Program-made: the position numbers and the translations under genes
Shown: one piece after another, positions 1-12,700 of the stretch
Layout: every line of letters begins with the position of its first letter
Numbering within the stretch: position 1 is the first letter of the stretch
Notes under the pieces: generated by a model
Database searches by the model: none
What the model was told of the DNA's origin: nothing
What the model saw: the letters and a program-made list of their open reading frames with translations, nothing else
Assembly: GCA_963575745.1 (NCBI GenBank)
Contig: CAUYUJ010000128.1
Location: 62,001 to 117,903, forward strand
Source of the DNA: Prorocentrum cordatum
Taxonomy: Eukaryota
DNA: 55,903 nucleotides
Direction of reading: 5' to 3'

Positions 1-1110
1 CAGATTTCGCAGGTCGCGCAGGTCTCACAGTCCCCGCATGTCCCACACGTCCCACAGGTCCCACAGGTCTGTCAGGTCTCTCAGATCGCGCAAGTCCCAC
101 TAAGCGCAAGGTTCCCACAGGTCCCACTGGTCCCTCGGGTCCCACAAGTCCCCCAAGTCCCACAGCCGTCGCAAGTCTCACAGGTCCCGCATGTCACACA
201 TACCCCACATATTCACCAGGTCCCGCAGGCCCAACAAATCTTGCAAGCGCCGCAGGCCTCGCAAAAATGGGAGGTTTCGCAGGCTCCACACGTCCCAGTG
301 GTCTAACAAATCGCATGGTTCTTTCATGTTTCATGAATCCTAGAGGTCCCACAGGTTCCACATGTCCGACCGCTCCCACAACGCCCACAGGTCCCACATG
401 CCCCGCTTGTCTTCGCAGGTCTCGTTGATCCTGCAGGCCCCTCAGGTCTCACAGGACCCACATGCCCCACAGGTCCCACAGTTCCAGGAAGTCTCGCAAG
501 CCCCGCAATTCCCATAGGCCCCACTGATCCCACAGAACAGACATGTCCTACACGTCCCGCAGGTCACACAGGTCACACAGGTCCAGCGGGTTCCACAGGT
601 CCCACAGGCCCCACAGGTCGCACAGGTCTCACAGGTCCCTCAGGTCTCACGGGCCACACGGGTCCCACGGGTTCCACAGGTCCGACGGGCCCCACTGGTC
701 CCACAAGTCCCGCGTGTCTCGCAAGTCTTGCAGGTCGCACAGGCCCCACAGGTCTCACAGGTTTCTCATGTCCCACAGGCCTCAAAGGCCCTGCATTTCC
801 CACAGGTCCAACAACTCCCACACATCCCACAGGTCTCGCAGCTCTCTTTGGCCCCGCAGGTCCCACAAGTCGAGGTCCCACAGGTCCCACAGCTCCAACA
901 GGGCTCGTTGATCCTGGAGGTCCGACAAGTGCCAGAGGTCCTACAGCCCCCGGAGGGCTCGCGGGTCTCGTAAGTCCCGCAGGTCCCACAGGTCCCACAG
1001 GTCCCGCAGGTCCCGCATGTCCTACAGGTCCCACAGGTTTCGCAGCTCCAACTGGTTTAGCAGGCCTCGATGGCCCCACATGTCCTATAGGTTCCACCTG
1101 TCTCTCATGT
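1..1110. repeat. Degenerate 9-bp-unit minisatellite (CAGGTCCCA-like)
   Basis: Dozens of variants of caggtccca/caggtctcg; source of the GPV- and SHR-repeat pseudo-ORFs. Confidence 0.9.
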
Positions 1111-1325
1111 CACCTCTGCTGCTTTCGGGGTGTTTTGCTAGGGTAAGTTTTGAGGTACTGGGCGCACGTTATTGCTTGAGCTACGCGCAGTGCCAAATGG
1201 ACCATGAGCGCAAGTGGGAAACGCTGCCCCACAAATGCGACATTTCGCCCGTCCCGGGTTTTGTATGTGAACTTGCGGAGGCGGTGGTTTCCCGTCTCCT
1301 CCTCCGTTCCTTTGGCGAGGTGAAG

Positions 1326-1665
1326 GAAGGGAGGAGGAGGATGAGGAGGAGGAGGAGGAGGAGGAGGAGATGGAGAGCAAGGCAAGATGTCGGAGCAGGA
1401 GGCAAGAGGCAGGAGGAGGGGAGGAGGGGGCGGAGGACAAGGCAAGCAGCCAGAGGCAAAGGGCAGGGGGCAGGAGACTCATCGTCCCTCCTCGTCCGCC
1501 TCATGCTCCTCATTATTCTCTTCTTCCTCCTCCTCCTGCTCCTCCTCGTCCTCCTCCTCCTCCTTCCCCCCGTCTCGCCACGAAGGAGGATGAAGAGGAA
1601 GAGGAGGAGGAGGAGGACGACGACGAGGAATAGTAGGAGATGGCAGAGGAGGAGGTGGAGGAGAC
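1326..1665. repeat. Compound (GAG)n/(CCT)n microsatellite
   Basis: Visible trinucleotide runs in alternating orientation. Confidence 0.9.
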
Positions 1666-1920
1666 GGCCCGCGGTCGTGCTCAAGACTCATCGTCCCCGT
1701 GTGCAGTGCTTGTCCTTGTGAGCCCTCTGCGCCCGGGGGCTTCGGCCGGTGCCCGTTTTTGGCGGGCGCCCGTGAGCGCTCTTCGCGCGCGGAGGGTATG
1801 CCGAGCTTTCGCCTGGTGTCAGCCCATTGGGCGCCCCGTGGGCAGCCCGACAGCTTGCACCACGCAGCTTGCGCCACGCAGGCACAACACGTCGTGCAAC
1901 ACAGGGCTCACTCAGAGGAA

Positions 1921-2240
1921 GGGAAGGTACTCCAGATTTCGTATTAAAAAGGAGGGGGTCCAGACGAGAAGTTTTAGACCCCCCCCCCCCCTTGGGAGAA
2001 CCCTCCAAAACATCGTCCCCAGACCCCCCCAGGCCCTCCAAGATAGCCTGGAAGAGACCCCCCCCGAAATGAGACCCCCTCCCTTTTATTACGAAATCTG
2101 GAGTATCCATCCTGGCAGCCTCCGCCCGTTTTCCCCTTTTTGGGCCTCCTCGGAGGCCCTCGTCACCGCCCTTGGGTTCGCCTCGGAGTTTTGGTCAGCC
2201 ACGGGAGAGGTCCGGGGAGTAGCGGTATCGGTACCTTTTT
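1921..2240 (+). mobile_element. MITE family A copy (TIR ~AAGGTACCGATAC), interrupted by the TA-flanked MITE
   Basis: Core ccgttttcccc..gggcctcctcggag..ttcgcctcgga..tggtcag..gggagaggtcc..tagcggtatcggtacctt is shared with ~4225-4335, 28785-28915, 41776-41915 and 42670-42806. Confidence 0.75.
1930..2103. mobile_element. MITE with ~31-bp TIRs and TA flanks (Tc1/mariner-type)
   Basis: ta-ctccagatttcgtattaaaaaggagggggtc ... gaccccctcccttttattacgaaatctggag-ta; arms differ at about 2 positions. Confidence 0.85.
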
Positions 2241-3119
2241 GGCCCCCCCGTTTACATCGCCGTGCACCACATAGGTTGAGTCACGGAGCTTGCACCACGT
2301 AGCAAGCACAGCCTAGCTTTTACCACGCAGCTTGCACAGCGTAGAGTGCACCGCATAGCTTGCACCACATACCTTGCAGCAACTCGCGTGCACATCCATT
2401 GTCAGAGTGTCATAACTGACTGATTGGGGTCCACTCTAACGAACATCCTTTACATCCAGCCTACTTTCGCTAGAGCAGCCATGTCCTTGGCTCAATTAGA
2501 TTAAGTTGCCCCTCCGTAGCTTTTACCCTTAAGAAGACAGATTTCAGGTGTTTCTCTTGGGAGGAAGAGGCCCTCGGCCCGTATCTCTCTCGATGTATGA
2601 TTACGCCTTTTTTTCCACGCTGTTCCAAGGTGCACTCAAGTAGACGAATGCTCGACGCAGCATCGACGCATGATTCGAACGAGTGGCTCCAGGAAGGCCC
2701 TCAGAACGAACACGTAATCCATGTACGGCCGTTACCCCTCGCTGCCCGTGGGAGGACCCTGCGAGCCGACCTGGCGAAAGACAGCGACATCGCGAATAGT
2801 CACGGCTGGAGTCCCAGGCAGAACTATTATGTTGCATTTTTCTAGCTTGATTTTTATGTGTTGCCCCGGGGCCCGATACCAGACCAAACGCCCGTGCGAA
2901 CAAACATCTAACGCTTGGGCAATCATAGGATGGTGCTGGCTCGGGAGTGGGGAACCATGGAACTGGAATTGGTGACCCATCGCCGATCGATTAGCGATAT
3001 GTTTCCGTCCGATAGCAAATCCGCACGATCCTGGGCGGGGTGGACCATCGGACTATCCTGGGCGATTGGGAGTCGGCGCGTCCCCCCTGTGCTTGTCCCT
3101 CCCTAACAATGCCCCTGAA

Positions 3120-3613
3120 GAGACGAGGAGGAGGATGAGTAGGAGGAGGAGGAGGAGGAGGAGGAGGAGGAGCGGTGCGGAGGAGGAGGACGGAGGAGGA
3201 GGGAGGAGGAGGAGGAAGAGGAGGAGGAGGAGGAGGAGAGGAGAAGGGGGGAGGCAGAGGAGGAGGAGGAGGAGGAGAGGAGGAGGAGTGAGGAGGAGGA
3301 GGAAGAGGCGGGGGAGAGAGGAAGGCGAGGAGGAAGGGGAGAGGGGAATGAGAGGTCCAGGAGGAGGAGGAGGCGGGGAGGAGCGGAGAGGAGGAGAGGA
3401 GGAGGAGGAGGCAGAGGAGAGAGAGGAGGAGAAGGAGGAGGAGGAGGAAGAGGAGGAGGAGGGGGAGCGGGAAGGAGGGGGAGGATCGAGGAGGCGATTC
3501 GTGGAGGAGGGAGGAGAGGAGCAGCAGGAGGAGGAGGAGGAGGAGGAGGAGGAGGAGGAGGAGGAGGAGGATCGAGGAGGGGGGATCGAGGACGAGGAGG
3601 TCGAGGCAGAGGA

Positions 3614-3646
<33 letters not shown>

Positions 3647-3655
3647 GGAGGACGG
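3120..3655. repeat. Long compound (GAG)n microsatellite
   Basis: Direct reading. Confidence 0.95.
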
Positions 3656-3695
3656 TGGGGATGCCTCGACAAACCTCCCCCGCCTCCCGCCGCAG

Positions 3696-3803
3696 GAGGA
3701 GGGGGAGCAACGGGCCGAGGCTTCGGCGAGCGCCGCCCGGGCGGCCGCGTCTGAAGCGCTGCTTGCAGAGCTGCGGGCCGCGCAGGAGGAGCTGAGGCAC
3801 CAG
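3696..3803 (+). CDS. Candidate exon of a fragmented host gene (EEGEQRAEASASAARAAASEALLAELRAAQEELRHQ)
   Basis: Pyrimidine-rich tract then cgcAG|G acceptor, CAG|GC donor, 108 nt, phase 0, coiled-coil-like peptide. Confidence 0.5.
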
Positions 3804-4224
3804 GCCGCCCCGGCGGGGTCTGCGCAACTGTCTCGCCGTGGCACGACGACGACGACGACGACATCGTGCAAGATCACGTCTGGAGTCATGGGCCTGATCT
3901 TTCTGCGCCATGTCTCGAGCCAGATCGATATGTGAGGGCTCCGGCGCCCGAGCTCGAAGGGAGTCTCTCTTTTTTGTTCCGTACAACAAAAAGTGAGTCA
4001 AGTTTACTTGCATGGCCTTCGCCAACCCCCACCCTCGCCCCTCTTCCAACACAATCTGGCATGCAAGTGCCTCTCGACTTGTGTGCTCTCCGCACGTGCA
4101 AGTCGTTTGCGTGATCTCCGCACTTGCAGGTTCAGCCTCTTCCCCGTCCATGCAAGTAAACTTGCTGGAGTCGCTACACAAGAACTGGCTCTGGGGGAAC
4201 GGTTCCTGAGAGGAGCGGGTCCTG

Positions 4225-4335
4225 AGGTTTTTCGCCGTTGGGAAGCCCCGCGTCGCCACCGCTGGCTTCGCCTCGGAATCCTGGTCAGCAGGCGCCCCGG
4301 GAGAGGTCCCGGGAGCAGCGGTATCGGCACTTCTC
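4225..4335 (+). mobile_element. MITE family A copy (partial)
   Basis: gcttcgcctcggaatcctggtcagc..gggagaggtcccgggagcagcggtatcggcac. Confidence 0.65.
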
Positions 4336-4479
4336 GAATTCCCCAGCAGCGGGTTCTGCAGGGCCACGGGTCCCGAGGTGTTCCGCCGTGTTCGACCTCG
4401 CGGGCCCTCCACGGGCCCCCGGGACCGTCAGAAGACGACGCGGGGTAAAGAGGCCCCCCCGTGCCTGAGTGTCGGGGGA

Positions 4480-4780
4480 GGTGGAGGAGGAGACGAGGGG
4501 AGGAGGTGGGGAGGAGGAGGAGGAGGAGAGAGGATGGAGGAGGAGGAGGAGGCATGGGAGGAGGAGGAGGAGGAGGATGGAGGAGGGAGGGATGGGGGAG
4601 GAGGAGGAGGAGGAGTGGGGAGGGGGGGGAGGAGGAGAGGAGTGAGGAGGCGGATTGAGAGGAAAGGAGGAGGAGGAGGGAGGAGGAGGTGGGGGAGTGT
4701 TGCGTAGGAGGCGGAGGAAGGGAGAGTGCAGAGAGAGGTGGGAGGTAAGGAGGAGGAGGAGGAGGAGGAGGAGGAGGAGG
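4480..4780. repeat. (GAG)n-rich microsatellite
   Basis: Direct reading. Confidence 0.9.
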
Positions 4781-4919
4781 GGGCGAAATCCGAATATACA
4801 GGCACCGCTGCCCGTCTTCATGGGGCGCCCTGAACTGACACCGCGGGCGCGGAGGGGGCCACCTGCAGATGCCCAGAGAAGGAACATAGGGCGGACGGCA
4901 ATGGGGGGCAGAGCGGTCA

Positions 4920-5330
4920 GGAGCTTTGGCTCAGCGTGTCGCTACGCCGGTTCTGGCCCACCACGCCTCGGCGCGGCCCATTGTCCACATTTCAGCCCCC
5001 ACCGAGCGTCCGCGTCTCCAGTGTTTCAATTCATCCCGCCGCGCGGAGCAGAGCGACACGCTATCCGCTTGCAAGGCATGGCGCCAAGCAAACAATCCCG
5101 CCGACCGTAAGCGTGGGGTCAAGCAGTGGCGAAGCGTCCTGGCTCGCCCATAGCCCTGCCAAACAATGTTCTAAGAACCTTTTGTGGTTTCCACGAAATG
5201 TTCTTAGAGCATTTCTGGCGGAGTCTGTTTTGTTTTAACACATCGGGTTTATGTTCTAGGAACATTGTTTTTGTTCTTAGAACATTTCGTGGTAGGAGTA
5301 TAGGAATGCCGGGACGGTCGGTCCCTGCTC
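4920..5330 (+). repeat. Dispersed repeat family B, uninterrupted copy
   Basis: 5' part matches ~51882-52050; 3' part (5118-5330) matches 27227-27344 plus 28599-28710. Confidence 0.8.
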
Positions 5331-7589
5331 AACTGAGCGTTCCCCAAACTGACACTGCGGGCCCGTCCAGCCGGGGGCGGCCTAAGCAACCCCTAGCAAA
5401 CCATGCCCGTCTGTGACGCCCCCCTCGCCTCGCCTCGAGCCGTATGTGTGCGGCCGGAGGGAAGCATGGGAGGCTAGAGGAACGTCTCGGACGGGGATGG
5501 TCTGCTAGGGTTTGTTTAGGCCGCGCCCACATGATGTGCACGACAGGCGCACGTGTCTTCACCCCGCGTTTATTGCCCCCGTTAACGAACACTCCAGAAA
5601 AAGATGCACCGCTGCTCGTCCTGGACGGCTGGACTCTCCGTGAGATCCTGGCCAGCTCACATCGGGAGAGATCCCGGCAGTAGCGGCATCGGCCCCCCGG
5701 ACGGGCCGCGTCGTGGACAATGAGAAGCTCAGGTTCTCCGCTGTTCGGCCTTCGGGGGCCCTTACCGGGCCCCTGGACCGTCAGAGAACGACCTGGGACT
5801 GGAGCATTGATCCCTGGGAAACCTGTGGGGGGCCACGTGGGGAAATGATCACGACTTCGAATGCCTTGGAGTTCGCGGGTCGGAGGATCACAGCGCATCG
5901 CCGATGCATCGGCGATGCGGCGCCGTCTGGACTTCGCTTTCCTCCGTCCCGGCGTCGGCCACGCATGTCCGATGCAGCAGCGAGGCAGCCCAGACGCTGA
6001 AAGCAGGACCACCTCGTGTGCAGGAGGGGCTCAGGTTTCGAGGCCGCTCCTGCGAGTCCGGTCGGGGGATCTATTCGTGGTCAAGGCTCGACGTGGCCAG
6101 CGAGGGCGTGTTCTTACTCACGAGGCTGACGCTCCGCCGAGCCACAGGAGAGGGAAGACATTCTCGGGTGAGGCCTCTCGGGGAACCTCCAGGGTTTTCC
6201 TTTGGGGCCTCTTGGGGGTCTCTTCGGGCCTATTTGGTGTTTGTTGTGGCGTGGCGGGGGCACATCCCTGGGGACCAACGAAACACACATCAAACAAAGG
6301 GAGTAGGGTGGTGTGCAAGGGGTGCGCAGAGAGCGGATGCCTGGTGAGATCTTGAGAGGCGTTTGGATGTGCGGGCCGGTGTGGCAATAGGCTGCTTCGG
6401 AGCGTTTCTCCTAAGCGCGGCAGAAATGTCGCTTCCGTCGCACGGCAAGGAAAGCTGAAGCGCGCCAAATGTCGCACCCAGTTAAATGGGAGGTTTACGC
6501 GATGCATGGTGGTGGCGTGAAGCTGAGGCAACGCGCAGGAGGGAATCTGGAACAATGTGCTTCGCGCTTCTGGTGGGTGCGGTCGTGGTCCTGCCGAGTT
6601 CGCTGGTTTGCGGGCCTGCGTCGCAGTTTCCAACAAGAGTATGGGACTCGCGTAGATTTGCGCGCAGAGAGTGGAAGCAGGGCGAGGAGGAGGAGGGGGT
6701 GGTGCTGGAGGAGGAGGAGGAGGAGGAGGCGACAGAGGCGACGAAGCAGGACGAGAGCATCAGGAGGGGCGTGCGCAGGAGGCGGCAGAAGAGGAGACAC
6801 AGGAGGAAGGGAGGGAAGTGGGGGGGGCAAAGCGGGAAGGACACGACGACGAGGAGGAAGCCGCGCAGAGTGAATACCAGAAAGGGGATGACTTGGCTCG
6901 ACGGTCTGGTTTGAGCCAACGCGCGACATCTGTTGAGCCGCGGCGTGGGGTTAGAAGTCCGGAAGGGCAAGCAGCGAACGTGATGGAGCACACACGTGAC
7001 AATTTAGCAGGGGCTTGGGGCAAGTCCAACCACTGCCTTTGGGTTGCGGGATGGAGGCTTCGTGGATGCCTGCATCCTTTCGGAAGTGGCGTTTGAGGCG
7101 CCTCCTGGAGCCATGCTGGAGTCTCTTCGGATGCCTTGTCAGCAGTCCGTGGAGCGTTTGTCGAGGCATCTGGGGGCCTTTGGTGACTCTTGGGGGCATC
7201 CTGGACGGCCCTTCGAGCCACGCGCAGAGGGGGCTGGCGGTAGGAGGGCGGAGGCTTCTTTGAAGCAGCCCCCCTTGTTAGAAGGCGCGGGCGAGCCTTT
7301 CTGAGAAGCTGGCGGCTGCTTTTGAAAAGCTGTTCTGGGCGTGCTTCTAAGAAGGGCGTGGTATGATTCGCAGAAATTGCTTTTGTTTATGAGCATATGT
7401 TCCGTGCTCAGAATTTGCTCCGTGCTGCTTTCACGCTGCCGGGGTGGTTCTAAGAAACGGCGCGCCCTTGGGTTCTTCGATGGCGGCTGGCGCCATTTTA
7501 AGGGGCGGCCTCCTTCTAAGACCCCATCCCTCCGTCTACCCATGCGTGCGCGCCGCCAAGGTTTGGGTTTCGTAGGGGAGGCTCGAGAG

Positions 7590-8020
7590 GGCCATCTTGG
7601 GGGGAACAGCTAGACATGGCGTGTGGATTCACCTTTTGGGGCTTACCTTTGGGATCTGTTGGGCCGTCTTGGGAGCCCTTGGGGCCCGCTTGGGCCCATC
7701 CTGGGAGTACTTTGGGCCGTCTTGAGGGCTCTTGGGGCCATTCTGGGGCGCCGCTCTTGGGCCGTATCTGGGCGCACCTGGGACGATCTTGGGAGCCCGT
7801 GGGCCGTCTTAGACATTCTCAAAGCACAAACCGCGACCATCTTGAAAACGCATGTTTTCCGTCTTAGGACAGTCGGGGGCCGTCTTGACGCTAGCTTGGA
7901 TCACCGTGGGGCTACATCGGACCATGTCGACGCTTTCTTGGACTGTGTTGGCGCTTCGTTTGGGCATGGCTCGGTCGTCTTGGGGCGTCTTGGGGGTCTG
8001 GAGAGGCTCTTGAGGCCTTT
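7590..8020. repeat. Degenerate ~10-11-bp tandem repeat (GGGCCRTCTT-like)
   Basis: Recurrent gggccgtctt/gggccatctt words. Confidence 0.65.
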
Positions 8021-8544
8021 AAGAGCAAGCTCCCCCCCTCAAGCGGAATTGTGGATCCCAGGAGAAGAAGTTGGAAATGGGAAGGCGACAGCGAATCATC
8101 CCACACGCCATCTCATCCCCGACAAGCTGGAGTCGGCGGATTTCAATTCTGGCATGTTCCCCCCCCGGCCGCCTTTTCAGACAGCTCTGGGCCGACAAGG
8201 CGTGCAAGGTGCAAGTGAGTCCCGATTTGCGTGAAATGCAGATTTCTTTGGACACGTCGTCCCGCCTACCCTCATCCCCCCCCTCCACGCAAATGAATTT
8301 GCTAAGAGCTACAGCGCGAACTATCCCAAAAGATCCTTCGTTGCTAACGCACCCGTTCTTTGATTCAGTGCTTCGCCGATCGGCGTGGGCCCTCGCCGTC
8401 CTCCACCTCCCCCCCCCCAATGACCAAATCCTGGCTGCTTTGGACTGCTGCTTCTGGTGACTGGTGAGGGGCACCCCCTCCCTCGGTCTGCTGGCGCGAC
8501 GTAGTGGAAGCAGATCGGGTGAGTACCGGCCAAGGCCCAAGACC

Positions 8545-8960
8545 CCCTTCTCTTTCTCTTTCTCTTTCTCTTTCTCCTCCTCCTCCTCCTCCTCCTCCTC
8601 ACTCCTTCCCCGTTCCTCCTCCTCCCTCCTCCTCCTCCTCCTCACTCTTCCTGCTCCGTTCCCCTCCTCCTCCCTCCCTCCTCCGCCTCCTCCTCCCTCC
8701 CCTCCATCCTCCCCCCTACGCACATCCTCCTCTACCTCAAATCCATTACCGCGCCTCCTCCTCCTCCTCCTTCTTCCCGCCTCCCTCGCTCCCCTCCCAC
8801 TGTCCCCGCGTGCTTCTTCTCCCGCCTCCTGCTCCTCCTTCCCCTGCTCCTCCTTCCTCCTCCTCCTCCTTCCTCCTCCTCCATCCTCCTCCTCCTCCTC
8901 CTCCTCCTCCTCCTCCTCCTCCTCCTCCCCCCTCCCCCTCCACCTCCCTCTCCCCCTCAG
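8545..8960. repeat. (TCTTTC)n plus (CCT)n microsatellite
   Basis: Direct reading. Confidence 0.9.
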
Positions 8961-9437
8961 CCCATCTTGGCATGTTTTTCTCGGCCATGGTCTTCGAGGA
9001 GCCTCCTGGGCCATCTTGCGAAGAAAATAAACGCGCACGAAGTCGAACAGTGCGCATGGGGAGTGGACGTCCGAGCGATGGCGAGCCATCGGTCGAAGGT
9101 CGAAGCCCAGGGTAGAAGAACGCCTACCTTCCAGCGGCGCTCGTTACAGTGGGGGCCCATGCACCCTGCTAGCCTCCAGGTTCCCATGGTTTTCTTGGGT
9201 TTCGATGGTTCTGCTATGGAACGCGTGACGTTCCCACACCAAACATGGATGGACGTCCTGGGTCTTTCATTTCTCCTCTTGGGTTTGGGTGTTGTCTTTG
9301 AAGGTTTCTTTGTGGTCAAGCGACCTACTGCATTCGTTACACCACGTCCAGGCACTTCCGCAGGAGCCGAGAAAGGATTCGCGCGGGGCCGATTGGGGAT
9401 ACTTCGTCCTCCCTTTGGACGGGGCGGGCGTCTTGGA

Positions 9438-9742
9438 TCCTCCCTCCTCGTCCGCCTCGTCCTCCTCCTCCTCCATCGTCCTCCTCCTCCCTCCTCCCTC
9501 TCCTCTTCCCTCCTCCTCCCATCCTCCTCCTCTCCTCCTCCTCCCTCCCCTCCTCCTTCCTCCTCGTCCCTCCTCCTCCTCACCACAATCCTCCCCTCCT
9601 CCTCCTCCTCCTCCTCCTCCTCCTCCGCCGCCTCATCCTCTCCTCCTCCTCCTCTCCTCGGACCCTCCTCGTCTCCTCCTCCTCCTCCTCCCACTCCTCC
9701 TGCTTCTCCTCCTCCTCCTCCTCCTCCTCCTCCTCCTCCTCC
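9438..9742. repeat. (CCT)n microsatellite abutting retroelement 1
   Basis: Direct reading. Confidence 0.9.
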
Positions 9743-12700
9743 ACGATCCTCTATCAGCCCATAGACATCGTGGACCACAAGGCCGAACGCTGGAGGCGCA
9801 AGTGGACTACTGCTGAGCCAGACATAGGGGCCGAGAGGCCTTTCGTCAGGCTCGGGAGCGCGCCGACCTGGAGCCCCTCCCTGAGATCACGGGGGAGGAC
9901 ATTCGGCGCGCGGCGAGGTCGGTGCGTGCTGGCACAGGGCAAGGCATCGACCGCATGTCACCAATGGATTTTGAGCGCCTCCCGCTGGCGGCGCTGGATG
10001 AACTGGCTTTTCTTTACATGACCATCGAATCTCAGATTGCATGGCCTCACCAGGTCATGATGACCTTGGGGAGACTCCTCCCCAAGAAAACGGACGGAGA
10101 CAGAATTATCGGATTATTATCAATGTTCTGCAGGCTTTGGAGCCTCGTACGCGAACCAGAGGTGCAGCGCTGGTCCGAGGCGTCTGCACCTTTCTGGGAC
10201 GCGGCCGTGCGAGGCAATGCAGCCTTGCGAGAGGCTTTCATTCGAGCGCTCGAGGCCGAGGTCGGGCATCAGCTCGGCGTTGCCTCAGGCGTGGGGCTGC
10301 TCGACATCGACGGCTTCTACGACAATGTGCTGTGGGAGATCCTCGTGCCGCGTGGCTTGGAGCTGGGTTTCCCTGCAGCCATCCTGTGCTTGGAGGTGCT
10401 CCAGTGCGCGTCCCCGCGCACCCTCGGGCAGAGCAACTCCTGGGCCCTGCCGATCGAGCCCACCCAGTCGATCGTCCAGGGCTTGCGCAGCGGCACGAGG
10501 TTCGGGCGCATTGTGGTCTACTATGTGCTCGATCGAATTTGTCTCGCCCATCCTCGAATGGGCCACCGTATATGGGTGGACGATCTTGCTCAACGGGCCA
10601 TCGGCTCACGTGACGAGGTTCGCCGCCAGCTCATTTCCAGTTTGAAGGAGACTTGCCAGGGCCTGGCGGCGGTCAAGCTTCGCGTGGCGAGCAAGAGCAT
10701 CGTGATGTGCTCCCACCACACCGACGTGGTCAAGGTTTCCAGAGCCCTACGTCTTGCAGGTTTCCCTGTGCGGGCTGAGCGCGCCTCTGGCTACTTGGGC
10801 GTGGACTCCAGCTGCGGCGGCCGACACACGCGGGCCATACGCCGCAAGAGGTCCGCCAAGCACAAAGCCATGAATGCCAAGGTGCGCAAGTTCGCGATTG
10901 CAGGGCGCAAGTACACGGTCGCTTCCAAGTTAGAACGATTGGGGGCCCAGGCCTCAGGTGCGTACGGATTTCAGATATATGGCGTGTTCGGGGTTCACAT
11001 GCAGCAGTACCGTCAGCGCCTGGGGGCAGCCGTGGCCGCGCCGTCGCGCGGCCGCTGCCTCACGACGCTGCTGGCCATCAAGACACCAATGGACCCTGCT
11101 CTTCAGCTACCTGAGGAATGTCTTCGCACGTGGTTCAAGATATGGCAGAGTGAACCGTGGATCCGTCCAGGCGTGCGTCGTGTTTGGTCCTCCCTCGTGG
11201 CCAAGTTGCGCGAGCTTCCCCCCGAGAGGCGGTCGCGGCACGTGCGAGGACCAGTTTCAGCCACCATCAGTCTTCTTCTCAACCATGGGCTGGATCCCGT
11301 CTCGGCCACTGACTGGACGAGGCCAGCGGAGACCACCGACGGCGAGGCGATCGAATGGCATTTCCCTGATCACGTGTGGGAGGGGTGGCCCGACGTGGGC
11401 GACCCAGGGCGTTTGATCAGCGACATCCAGTTTTCGATTTCACGACAGTTATGGAAGGTTGCAGCTCAGCACTACTGCGGAGGCGGCATGGAGGGCGGGA
11501 TCGACTGCACATCTCTTCGCCGCCTCCACGCTCAACTGCTGAGCCTCGATCGGGGCAGCCGACTATCGGAGCTTCTGCTGGCCATCGCTGCAGGGGCCTC
11601 GTGGCCGCGCACACGGCGCGCCGAGGCAGCAGCAGCAAAAGGAGTTTTTCTGGACCAGTCATGCCCCCGATGCGGCCAGGAGAAGGAGGATCAGTTTCAT
11701 CGGATCTGGGGTTGCCCATGCAATACGGGGGCCCCAGCCTACGAGCACTCGAACGACCTCATCCCCGAAGCCTACGCCAACTGGCAGACGGCTGAATGTT
11801 TCTGGCTGCGGGGGCTTTTACCCGCCGAATGGGCGGCTCTGCCGCCGCCGCCTGAAGAGGAGTGCTGGTCAGGTTCAGGTTTCGCCGACAACGACGGGGT
11901 CGTGCTGTGGCTCGGCACGGGCACCCAGCAGCAGCCCCTGTACCTGTTCGGGGACGCGAGCGGCGGCAGGCACTCCAGCGACACCAGGCTACGCCGTGTG
12001 GGCTTAGCCGTCGCCGCCATCAGCAGCTTCGACCCGCTCGAGGTGTTGGCCACTGCCACAGGGCCCCTGACGGGCTCCAGGCAGTCGGTCCCGAGAGGCG
12101 AGCTGAGGGCGCTGCTGCTTGCTGCGGAGTGCTCGGCAGGATTTGTTGTTTTCACCACGGACAATCAGAATGTTGCGTCAGGCTGGGCCGAGAAAAAGTA
12201 CCTTCATCCCGAGGGCCCCGACGCTGACCTTTGGCACCGAGTAGGTGCGATCTTCAGGCACAGAGATCCAGCTTCTTTTGTGGTGTTATTCGTCAACTCA
12301 CATTTGGAGGCTGCAGGCACCGGGAAGTTCCCTTTGTGGATGATAACCGGCAACACGATTGCCGATGAGCTAGCTGGTGCCGCTGCGGAAAAAAAGTCAG
12401 ATTTCAGTGAACGATGTGTATCGAGTTGCGACATGGGAAAAGAAGGCGTTTCAGGTCCGACTACGCCTCCTGCGAGCCACCATCGACACGCTCGAAAAGG
12501 AGAAGGAGTTGCGGGGGCATGGCCCCAGAGAAAAGGCTGAGTCCCCTCCCGTCCCTCCTCCTGCCCCTTCAGTTGTGCAAGTGTTTTCCACCACCCATCG
12601 CCTCGCAGAGTACGGGCGACGATGTCTTGTGTGCTGCAGCTCTGCCACGATTCCTCGTCAAGCCCTGTGGAGACACACCGTGCTTCCAGCCGTCGTATAT

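Larger units (their letters stand above)
1850..2385. repeat. Degenerate ~15-bp minisatellite (GCTTGCACCACGCA-like), split by an insertion at ~1906-2260
   Basis: Same unit at 1851-1900 and 2262-2385. Confidence 0.65.

Noticed and set aside
194..1097. Collagen-like GPV-repeat ORFs
   Set aside because: Translation of a 9-bp minisatellite that is open in several frames on both strands, with no unique domains
2991..9816. Long poly-E/P/S/R/L ORFs
   Set aside because: Products of (GAG)n/(CCT)n tracts in stop-poor, GC-rich DNA
12389..12396. Programmed ribosomal frameshift at AAAAAAAG in element 1
   Set aside because: A homopolymer indel is simpler; element 3 is also broken at a 7-nt homopolymer (40473-40479), which suggests sequencing error or slippage
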